Source: Azolla caroliniana (lineage: Eukaryota; Plantae; Polypodiophyta). From it: DNA of 64,000 nucleotides. The stretch's first letter is position 1, and every line of letters begins with the position of its first letter. The stretch spans positions 7,564,001 through 7,628,000 of the forward strand of contig JBHGNT010000020.1 of the NCBI GenBank assembly GCA_043228905.1, in the 5' to 3' direction. Of this stretch, positions 36,957 to 47,026 are shown one piece after another. The notes beneath the pieces were generated by a model, which was not told the origin of the DNA, did not search any database, and worked only from the letters and a program-made list of their open reading frames with translations. A program made the position numbers and the translations under genes.

Positions 36957-39900
36957 TCATTTGCTGGTCCCCCCCGATTTGTTCGGGTCGGTTCGTGTGG
37001 ATGCAGCGTCTGTCGGTGTCGGTTCTTCCTCGGTCCGAATATCTTCAGCAGCGTCTGTCGGTGTCGGTTCCTCATCTTGCCGGATATCTTCAGCAGCGTC
37101 TGTCAGTGTCGGTTCCTCATCTTGCCGGATTTCCGGGTTTCGCTTGAACGGGTTGGCTGGCATATTTCCCTTATACGGCTTTAGCCGAAATCCATTTGCC
37201 CACTTGCCGATGACATCTCCAGACAACGTGCCGAGCTGATACGACCCATTGTACTCCTTGGTGATCCAGAACGGTCCGGTCCATCGAAACTGCAACTTTC
37301 CCGGCATGTTCCCCATCCGTGTCTGGAATAGTAGTACCGGTTTCCCGACCTCGAACTCCTTTTCATTGCCACACCGGTGTCGGTCCACGAAGGCTTTTCT
37401 CTTCCTTTGCTCCAGTTCGAGTTGTAGTAAGCTGGTTATTCGGTTCTCCTCTAATTCCAACAACGTCGCCAGCCGGATTCGTTCGGACTCGTTCTCACTT
37501 AAGCGCTCCTTCACCTGAATCCGTAAGCTGGGGATCTGGAACTCTACCGGCATGACCGCTTCTAACCCGAATGCTAGTCGGAACGGGGTTGTCCGGATGC
37601 TGGTTTTGTACGTTGTTCGGTACGCCCATAGCGCGCTTTGCAATTTCGTATCCCAGTCGGTCCGGTTCTCGTTGACGATTTTCCGTAGGATGTTCTGCAA
37701 AGTTTTGTTCGTTGATTCCGCTAGTCCATTGGCTTGAGGGTAGTAGGGAGTACTCTTTTTATGTACCACCGCGTAAAATGACGTCAGGCTTTCTACTACC
37801 TGTCCGAGAAAATGTCCTCCTTGGTCACTTATAAGCTCGATCGGGCAACCATACCGGCACCATATGCACTCGTACAGGAACTTTGCCGTGGACGCGGCCG
37901 TGTTGTCCCGTAAGGCCTTTGCTTCTACCCATTTGGTGCAATAGTCAGTCGCCACTATGACATACTGATTTCCGGTTCGCATTGCCGGTGGTTTGAAGGG
38001 ACCGACAAAGTCCAACCCCCACTTTTGAAACGGTTCCAAGGGCAAGACCGGGTGGTGTGGCATCCGGGCCTGCTCTGTGGGTTGGCCCAGTCGTTGACAC
38101 AAATCGCATTCTCTGCTATACTTCACGGCATCTTTTAGGGTGGTCGGCCACCACAGTCCGCTCTGCCATATTTTCCGAGCGGTTGCGTCGCCGGCATAAT
38201 GCCCGCCGGCAATTCCACAGTGGGCTTCCCTGAGGATTAGATCCTTCTCATCGCTCCGCACTGCTCGTCTCCAGATGCCATCTGCCCCCTTGTGATAGAG
38301 TGTGTCTCCAACCAAGCAGAAATGTCTGCTTCTTACTGCTACCCTTTTCCTTTCATCGCGGTCCATGTTCTCCGGGGGTACTCCGGTGCTCAGGAACTGA
38401 TGCATCTCGGTTAGCCACTTGTCTTCATCGGCTACCGTTGCATCCGTTGTCGGTTCCGTCGTGATCCGGAACAACTCGGCGTCGGGGAACTCATCCTGTA
38501 CGCCGTCCCCTGCTTCTCCGGATTCAAGTCTGCTTAGGTAGTCCGCTACCGCATGCTGCGCCCCGGGTCGGTGGAAAATGTCGAATTCAAATTCCTGTAG
38601 CAGCAGTGTCCACCGTGCAATTTTTCCCGTCAGGGATGCCTTCGAGACCAGGTAGAGTAGTGCCGAATGGTCGACATGGAAGGAAAACTTCCTTCCGAGC
38701 AGATAGTGCCTGTACTTTGTGACACTATACACCATTCCCAATGCCTCGCGTTCCGTCGTAGAGTAATTCCGTTCGGCTTTTGAGAGTTTCCGGCTTGCGT
38801 AGTACACCGGTCGGTACCATTTTGGCTTCGTGAGTTGCATCAGAACGCTGCCGATTGCTACGTCTGACGCGTCGACGAAGACGTGAAAGCTTTTACTCCA
38901 ATCCGGCGGTTGCACCACCGGAGCTTGCGACAGCATAACCTTCAACGCTTTGTAGGATTCCTCCTCCGTTTCCGCCCATAGGAAGGGTACCCTATGTACG
39001 GCGGTATGTAACAGTGTAGCGAAGTCCGCGAGGTGCCGTATCATCCGGCTATGCCACCTTATTTGGCCCAGGAACCGGCTTAAAGCCTTTGCGTTACTTG
39101 GTGCTGGTGCCTCGAGAATCGCCTTGACTTTATCCGGATCTACCGCGATTCCTTCCTTACTCACCACGTGCCCTAACAAGTTTCCGCTTGCCACTCCAAA
39201 GACGCACTTGGCCGGGTTCAGGCTCAATCGGTACTCGCGGCACTTCTCCAAGCACAGTCGGAGGTGATCGAGATGCTCTCCGTGCCGGCTGTAGACCGCG
39301 AAATCGTCAAGGAGTACCTGCATAAAACCGGGGATATATTCCCCGAAAATTTCCATTATTATCCTTTGAAAGGTCGCCGGAGCCGTCTTTAGTCCGAACA
39401 TCATCACGACCGCGACGACTCCCCATTCCGTCACGAACGCTGTCTTCTCTTGGTCGGCCGGGTTCATTCGTATTTGGTTGTAGCCGCTAAATCCATCCAG
39501 GAAGCTGTAAACTTCGTGGCCGGCTACCGCATCTAACACCCCGTCCGTAAATGGTAGTGGAAACGCATCGGTCACTGTTGCGGCATTTAGTTTTCGGTAG
39601 TCCACGCATACCCGGATTTTGCCGTTCTTTTTCGGGACCACCACTATCGGACTCAGCCAGGTTGCCTGCTTGACCGGTCGGATAAATCCGACCCGGAGGA
39701 GCTTATCAATTTCCTCCTTCACCTTTGCCGCATAATTCGGATTCATCCGGTACCTGCGTTGAGCAATTGGTTTCGCGTCCGTACTTAGGTGAATTTGGTG
39801 CTGATAGAGCTGGGGGTCCAGCCCTCGCATGTCTTCGTACGACCACGCGAACACATCCTTGAAGTCTGTTAATAATGCTACCATTGCCTTCTTTTCTTCC

Positions 39901-40283
39901 TTCGGCAATTCCTTTGCAACATTTACCGGTCGGGGCTTGTCTGCTGTGCCGAGGTCCACTTCCTTGAGTTGGGATGCTTTTACCCTCTGGGATATCGTCA
40001 TTTCCCTCTCTAGGGATTCCTGCGCTTGTCGCAGTTCCCGGATCGCCGCTTGGTCCGGTTCTTCCGGCGTCGTAATGTACGGTTCTACTGCCGTCGTGAT
40101 ATCCACCTCAAATAGTGGGACGATTCGTGGGTGTTCCTCGAGGTACCGCTCGACTTCCTCGTCCGGTAATCCCTCCAACATGTTAATGCTTTCCGCATAC
40201 AATGGAGTTGCTTCCTTACTGGTGATCACCCGTGGTTGCGTCATTACTCGTACCTTTGTTTTTCCTCGCCGGAATGTGATCAT
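36957..40283 (-). CDS. Element C pol (RT-RNase H-integrase)
   Basis: 1108-aa open frame: VCVDYRKLN, QVLLDDFAV, FVDASD, HHCC, WGLDFVGP, DQGGHF, NGLAE. No chromodomain. Confidence 0.93.
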   Translation of the reverse strand: MITFRRGKTKVRVMTQPRVITSKEATPLYAESINMLEGLPDEEVERYLEEHPRIVPLFEVDITTAVEPYITTPEEPDQAAIRELRQAQESLEREMTISQRVKASQLKEVDLGTADKPRPVNVAKELPKEEKKAMVALLTDFKDVFAWSYEDMRGLDPQLYQHQIHLSTDAKPIAQRRYRMNPNYAAKVKEEIDKLLRVGFIRPVKQATWLSPIVVVPKKNGKIRVCVDYRKLNAATVTDAFPLPFTDGVLDAVAGHEVYSFLDGFSGYNQIRMNPADQEKTAFVTEWGVVAVVMMFGLKTAPATFQRIIMEIFGEYIPGFMQVLLDDFAVYSRHGEHLDHLRLCLEKCREYRLSLNPAKCVFGVASGNLLGHVVSKEGIAVDPDKVKAILEAPAPSNAKALSRFLGQIRWHSRMIRHLADFATLLHTAVHRVPFLWAETEEESYKALKVMLSQAPVVQPPDWSKSFHVFVDASDVAIGSVLMQLTKPKWYRPVYYASRKLSKAERNYSTTEREALGMVYSVTKYRHYLLGRKFSFHVDHSALLYLVSKASLTGKIARWTLLLQEFEFDIFHRPGAQHAVADYLSRLESGEAGDGVQDEFPDAELFRITTEPTTDATVADEDKWLTEMHQFLSTGVPPENMDRDERKRVAVRSRHFCLVGDTLYHKGADGIWRRAVRSDEKDLILREAHCGIAGGHYAGDATARKIWQSGLWWPTTLKDAVKYSRECDLCQRLGQPTEQARMPHHPVLPLEPFQKWGLDFVGPFKPPAMRTGNQYVIVATDYCTKWVEAKALRDNTAASTAKFLYECIWCRYGCPIELISDQGGHFLGQVVESLTSFYAVVHKKSTPYYPQANGLAESTNKTLQNILRKIVNENRTDWDTKLQSALWAYRTTYKTSIRTTPFRLAFGLEAVMPVEFQIPSLRIQVKERLSENESERIRLATLLELEENRITSLLQLELEQRKRKAFVDRHRCGNEKEFEVGKPVLLFQTRMGNMPGKLQFRWTGPFWITKEYNGSYQLGTLSGDVIGKWANGFRLKPYKGNMPANPFKRNPEIRQDEEPTLTDAAEDIRQDEEPTPTDAAEDIRTEEEPTPTDAASTRTDPNKSGGTSK

Positions 40284-40367
40284 GTTCTTTTGCCAGTTCT
40301 GCTTGATATGCGCCGTTCGCAGCCATGGTCGTCCTAGCAGTAGGGGGTACGCGCCTTGTACATTCAG

Positions 40368-42934
40368 CTACAGCACCACGGCCGATATCCGGAATACGTG
40401 GCCTCCGATCGTTATTTCCAAATCCCGGATAAGCCCGGTCGGTCGGACTGAGCTAGTATCCGCCATGCGTAACCAGAAGGGGCATGGTTCCCATTCCCGG
40501 ATGTCCAGGTCGTTGGATGTCTGTTGGCTGATGACATTTACCCCGGAGCCTCCATCAATAATCGTTCCAGCAATTTCCTTTCCTTTCACGATTGCCGTGA
40601 TCGCCGGGCTACTTGTATCGACCACCGCTGGTCCTTCCTCTGGGTTGGAGAAGAATGCCGGTGCTGGCGTCGGATTCGGTTTGCTGACGGATGCTTGTAG
40701 GTCTGCCGTAAATCGTGGCACTAACTGTAGTAGTCGTGCTAACGGCAGCACGATTTGACAGTCCTGTAGCGCTTGCCACGTCGGGTTTTCTCCTGGCTGT
40801 ATGATTTCTTCGTCTTTTGGCATATTTTGGTCTCTTACTTCTGCCGCATTCTGTTCATTGGCCTCCTTGATCCATTGTGTCGCTTGTTTTCTGATTGCCT
40901 CCTGGGCTTCCCACTCGGCGGTCTTTCCCTTTGACCGGGTTGTGACCTGCTGTACTTCTGATATTTCGGCTGTAACCATGTTGACTTCCGGCTGCTTGTC
41001 ATAGCTTTTGCTTGGGCATTGGTTACTATAGTGGCCTTCCTTGCGGCAGTAATAATAGTACACCTTGTGACTGTTGCTCGTTTCTCCTTTGTCCCCGGTT
41101 TGGAGGGTGGGTATGCTCCGGTGGTCGTCTTCGGTTTTTCGGTTATCCGGTACCGATACCGGGTTGTCATTCCTCGCTGCCTCCCGACGCACCTCTCTTC
41201 GGAAAAATCCACGCTTCTGATTCCGTCGGAAATTTCGGTTCCCTTGTCGCCTCTCTTCTCTGCGTCGGTCGTATTCCGGGGCTTGGTCTCGGTCGTACCG
41301 GTCCCGGGGGTAGCTATCTTCGCGTCTCTCCTCTCGGTCATAGTTGTCGCGTCTTCTATCAGCGTATCCTTGTCGCCTCTCTTCTCTGCGTCGGTCGTCT
41401 TCCGGGGATTCGTCTCTGTCGTACCGGTCCCGGGGGTAGCTATCTCTGCGTCTCTCCTCTCGGTCATAGTTGTCGCGTCTTCTATCAGCATATCTGTTAC
41501 CGCGTTCGCGTTGGTAGCGGTCGTCTCTCCGGAATCGATCCTCGTCCGGGTTCTGATTGCGCGGTTCTATGTGTCGAACCGGTGCTGCCTGCCGATTTAA
41601 CAGGTTATATTCGCATCGGTCCGTTGTATGGGCTCGAGAGTTGCAGATCACACATTGTGTCCGCAGGGTGCAGTCTACTATTGAGTGCCCCGAATTTAGG
41701 CATGTTGTACATTGTAAGGCCTGTCGGAACCTCAGGTCTTCCTCCTTTGGGAGTGCCCGGTGTAACATCCCCATCGACAAGAAGGGGCTAGTCTTGTCCA
41801 TTTCCAAAACCCGATCAATAACTTGGTCCATTGTGCTAGTTTGGAAATCAAGGACTCCGCACATTGTTCGAAGTGGCTCTTTCAGTGCGGCCAGAAAGAC
41901 TGCTTTGGCTTCGTCTTCGGGTGGTGCTCTTGTCAGTTGGTTGTGCAGGGTCTGGAACCGAATGATGAATTGTGGCATAGTCTCGTTCTCTTCCTGCCGG
42001 GTGGTGTAGAACTGCCTGACCAATTCCCTTTGCTCAAATTGTCTGTGAAAAAACCTGAGGAATCTGGCCTTCAAGGCATCGAATGTGGCAAAGCTGCCCG
42101 GTAAGTGCTTTGCGTGCCATTGGGCCGTCGGTCCTTCTAAGGTTATGCCGAATTCGGCGATTTTGGATCGTTCGGCTTCAGGCTCCGTCAGTCTTTGGGA
42201 GATATGGTTGGCTTCCCATGTTTGGAGGAATGCGTACACGTGTGCCTCCGCGTCGGCCTCATCCCGGTACTTTGGGTATGGGTACGGCATCGTGTCGTCC
42301 CACTGACTCTCCTGTTTCCTCCGCTCTCTGTCCGTTGTTGGCGTTGGTGTGAGAACCTTTGGTTCCTCCGCGGGTGTTGCCGGTGTCCGGTCCGTTGGTT
42401 CCTCCGCGGGTGTTGTCGGTATCCGCTCCGTTGGTTCCTCCGCGGGTGTTGTCGGTATCCGCTCCCTCGGTTCCCTCGCGGTTGTTGTCGGTATCCAGTC
42501 AGCCTTCCTCGACGGTTGCCGGTCACCGAATTCCAGGGTTCTTTCTTCCTCTGGCGCCGGTGTTACTGAGTCTTCCGACCCCTCGTCCTCTCGGTCGTTT
42601 GGTGTGTCGTGGCTGCTTTTATACCGGGATGCAACGCTTCCGTCGCTTTCCGACTCCGCCTCAAGTGTTGCGAATGCTTCCGAGTCCCCGTCGCCCGCGG
42701 CGAGCGTCTGCAGTATCGTTTCCGCCTCTTGCAGGCTTGTTATGCTACTGCCTTCGTCGGGGATTTGCAAAACCCGGAACTGCAGTGCTTCTTCTGCGAC
42801 TCTCCGAAGAGTTTTGGAGAATGACCGATCCCGCCGGATCTTGTCGACGGCTTGCTGCGGGGCTTCCCGTCGTTGCTCGCGTTCGGTGTATCGTCTCCCT
42901 CGTTCGGTGATGTGGTCGTCGTTTGGTCTAGACA
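40368..42934 (-). CDS. Element C gag-protease (three CCHC-type knuckles, IIDGGSG)
   Basis: 883-aa ORF. One in-frame TAG separates it from pol (AVVL*LNVQGAYPLLLGRPWL). Start codon uncertain. Confidence 0.85.
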
Positions 42935-45900
42935 TCCATCCCCCGGTTGTCCTCTGCACTTTGCAGGAATCGTGGTCGCCAAAATAGTGTTGTCTGTCTG
43001 GCCGGACTAGCCTCAACACAGGTGTCTATGCGACACTTCTCCAAAGGGGTGGTAAGGATTGGATGCTAGGTTACACGCGTAAGATGATTACAATTAAGCA
43101 CAGACGGTAAACAATACGAGATATAGATAAGCACGCAATAATTACTATTGTATTACTTCCGTCCCCACACTTTACAAATCATCGGATCCTTTTATAGGCA
43201 TCCGGCAAGGTTACAATCGGTGCGCTTAGGCAACCGACATCCGAATCGGTCCGGATCCGGATCGGTACAACTGTACCGGATCCGTCCCTCCGAATAATAA
43301 TTCTACTATTATTTACTTCCTATTATCCGATCCGATTCCGCCTTCCCACTTGTCCTTGCTCTTCTGACCGGCCAACACATGGCACGCCCGTGGGAAAGTG
43401 CCTTGCACTTCGAATCCACTCCCGGCCTCAGTCTTCCTCCAAAATATCGAGCACACTCTGCTCGATGGTGTCAAGTGGTGCTTCTTCCTCCTGTTCCTGT
43501 TCCTTGCCTGCCTGGTCTCCGACCTCCGGTTGGGTGGGCTGTAACCTAGCATCCAATCCTTACCACCCCTTTGGAGAAGTGTCGGATAGACACCTGTGTT
43601 GAGGCTAGTCCGGCCAGACAGACAACACTATTCCGCCTTCCCACTTGTCCTTGCTCTTCTGACCGGCCAACATGATCTACCCTTGGTCAATAGCTATGAC
43701 TCAGTGTTGGTCGTTGTCGATCGGTTTACGAAGATGGCTCACTTCACTCCATGCTCCAAAACCATTTCCGGAGAAGGAATGGTGCATCTCCTACTCAACA
43801 ATGTGGTACGCTTGCATGGACTCCCCGATGATGTCATCTCGGATCGCGGACCCCAATTTGTCTCTCACTTCTGGCAGCGCCTACTACAAACTTTAGGCAT
43901 CTCTGTCAAGTTGTCCTCTGCTTATCACCCCCAAACTGACGGGCAAACGGAGCGTGTCAACCAAATCCTTGAGCAGTATCTTCGGTGCTCGGTTAGTTAC
44001 CAACAAGATGATTGGGTCAACTTACTTTCGCTCGCGGAATTCACCTACAATAATTCTCTCCATGCATCGACTATGGTTTACATCCTCGCTTCAACATTTC
44101 CCTTCCTACCACTTCCGTGAACCCTTCGGCGGAGGATCGTGCCCGCATTTTGGAAGAAATACATCATGATTTATCCTTGGAGCTTAGTCTTGCTAGTGAA
44201 CGATACAAGAAGCAGGCTGATCGCCATCGATCTTCCACTCCACACTTTGTCGTTGGAGACATGGTTTGGTTGTTACGTCGACACATCTCTACTACTCGTC
44301 CATGTGCGAAACTTGATTACAAGAAGTTGGGACCATTCCGTATCATCGAGTGCATCAATCCCGTCGCCTTCCAGCTCGCCCGTTCATCCCACTTCCGGAT
44401 TCACGATGTTTTTCATGTCTCCCTCCTCGAACCCCATTATGCTTCACAACTCCCAGGACATCAAGCCCCACCACCACCACCTATGCAATTGACGACAGGG
44501 GAGGAATACGAGGTCAACCAAATCCTTGACTCGCGTTGGCACCGTCGACACTTGCAATACCTCGTCCTATGGAGGGGTTACCCCATGTCTGAGGCCACAT
44601 GGGAACCATTGGCAAATTTACAAAATGCCCCAGAGGTCGTCCAAGATTTTCATCACCGATATCCCCACAAACCAGCGGCCGATTTGGGAAGGCGGCGTAA
44701 GAGGGGGGATAATGTCAAGATTCGAACTCTTGACACGACCATGTTATAATCTAGTATTATGAGTTAACCAAGATATCTAGTACTAGTTATGTATGTAATT
44801 GGTCCTTATTATTTTGCTAGCATCATGTGCATAGTTGCTCCCTTGTAGTATTTACACTTGGCACATGCATGCATACCTACATGCTCTATTGTAGATTCAC
44901 ATGCGTGCAACAAGTATGCATGCCATGTAGTATAAATAGAGGAGTTCACCTTGAAGGAATTCAAGGTGAACAACACCAGTTATGGAGTCTTTCCTTTAAT
45001 ACTATCTTCTTTCTTGTCCATTTGGTTATCTTCTTGCTTGTCTCTTGAGTTTATGATCCGTGACACATACTTGATCTTCGATGGCAAAAGAAGAGGGAAG
45101 CCGATGACGATCTACATAAGTCTTCTGAGTGTGTTGAGCATGACGAAGATGAGTAGATATGTCCGTCTGAATCTTGCATAGCCTCTCCATATGATCCTCA
45201 GCACAAGGATTGGTAGGTAGCTCTGGAGTGTCGATCACAGACCAGCGAGGATGAGAACCGGTATAAGTGTAAAATGGCGAGACCCAAGTCGAGGAGTGAA
45301 TAGCGTTGTTATACGCAAACTCCACAAAGTGGAGAATATCAGCCCAATCGTCTTGTTCATAACTCATAAAACACCGAAGATATTGTTCAAGCGTTTGATT
45401 CGTTCGTTCTGCTTGTCCATCAGTTTGGGGATGGTAGTTGGAGGAGAGGTTGCAAGAGACCTTGAGCATCTTGAAGAGATGCTTCCAAAATTTGGAGACG
45501 AATTGAGGTCCTCGATCACTGATGATACTGTCTGGGAGGCCATGATGCTGAAATATCTCATGCATGACAAGGGTTGTGGTTTCCTCACTAATGATGACAT
45601 TAGTACAAGGCACAAAATGTGCCATCTTAGTATATCGATCGATGATGGTTAAGATAGCATCGAAACCCTTTGAGACTAGAATATCTGTGATAAAATCAAG
45701 ACAAATGGACTGCCATGGCTTACTTGGAATTGGTAAGGATTCCAACAAGCCATATGGATGATGACGTGGCATCTTTGCTCAGCAACAAGCATCACAGGTC
45801 CGAACATAGTCATTGACAAAATGTCGCATATGGGGCCACCAAAAGGATTGTTGAACTCGATCCAACGTCTTAGTACTACCGAAATGTCCAGTTGTATGGG

Positions 45901-46929
45901 TGTCGTGACAATTTTGGACGATTTGAAGGTGACAAGAGCAATCGGGAACATACACAAGCTTTTTAAAGAATAATAAACCATCATGATATTCGAATTGTCT
46001 ATAGTCCACACCTGGTTGTTGAGACTGGGAATAGGATGCCCAAGAGGCATCAATTTGCGCTAGAATGGTTTGAGCAAAACTATCCGTCTTCAAGTTGGCA
46101 CGTATGACATCGATAATCCGGGAATCCAGTGGAGTGAAAAATCCGCGTTGTGCGCAAACGTGTTTGTCCCAAGATTACCTGCTTTTGATTGTCAAATGAT
46201 GGATCACCCAAACGAGGTGCAAGATATGAATGTCGCGTCGCGATAGTGCATCTGCTTTTCCTTCTTGCTTCCCCCGCTGATATGTGATTTTGAAGTACAT
46301 GGCCCCACCGACGCGTGAGGAATTGGGCCCACCGAGCTTGCCATCGATTTAGTACATGAGCGTTATGGAAGTAAGCAAGATTTTTGTGATCACTAAAGGC
46401 GATGACCTGATGAGGAGAGCCCTCTAAGAAGTGCCACCATTGTACAAACGAATCCACGATGGTTAATAATGTTACCCATTCCTTTGGGTGAACACCTTTG
46501 ATAGATCTGCGGCTATCGGTATTCAAGGGCGTGGTACGTGAAGGCTCGTAACAGAGGCGTCGAGAGAGAGACAGTGCTCAGAGAGAAAACACTAGCGAGG
46601 CCTTGATAGGCGTGGGCGGCGCTGAAATCATAGGTATGAATCAAAGCACAGACACATGGAACAAACTGGGCACAATTCAGATATATTACTGCGACAACAA
46701 AAAGATTACAGAACACGGCCTACGGCCAGTGCCCTTACAAGATTATCTAGTTACGAGGGACTCAGCTAGTGCTTTTGCCTATATTTTTCCTCTCCCCCTC
46801 TTTGAGGTACTGGTCCTCGTTTAAATAACTTTTCCCCTAATACACAGCCGAGCCGTCGGTAGCCCATGATACTCGGACTCGGCGTTTGCTAATTTCCTAA
46901 TTTTACATTTCTATCCTCTGGACAACACC

Positions 46930-46946
46930 TGGCACGCCCGTGGGAC
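46930..46946 (+). other. Second, inverted PBS (tRNA-Arg type) at the PPT position of D
   Basis: TGGCACGCCCGTGGGAC, 2 nt inside the 3' LTR boundary. Confidence 0.8.
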
Positions 46947-47026
46947 AGGACCTTGTCCGTCGGACCCACGACTTACAAAAATACTAACAATATTACAAAA
47001 ATTGCCTTTTAGGCGTGATCCTCGTT

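Larger units (their letters stand above)
33171..43672 (-). mobile_element. Non-chromovirus gypsy C (Athila/Phygy/Selgy-like), young, three ORFs, dual PBS
   Basis: 390-bp LTRs at 33171-33560 and 42988-43377 (2 differences seen), TSD TGATC (33166-70 and 43673-77), PBS TGGCGACCACG on - (42971-42981). Mosaic extension 43378-43672. Confidence 0.95.
30159..45065 (+). mobile_element. Chromovirus B with internal inversion/deletion, host of element C
   Basis: Near-identical 353-bp LTRs at 30159-30511 and 44713-45065, TSD CATAC, PPT GAGGGGGGATAA. Integrase and chromodomain on + (32690-33170, 43673-44712). Gag-PR-RT on - (30512-~32689). Confidence 0.95.

Noticed and set aside
39829-42987. Long + strand ORFs (39829-40758, 41012-41791, 42349-42987)
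   Set aside because: Antisense shadows of GC-rich gag-pol with no recognisable domains.
43596-44120. ORFs with novel-looking termini at 43596-44120, 30472, 45026 and 2533-2979
   Set aside because: Chimeric read-through across LTR insertion junctions.
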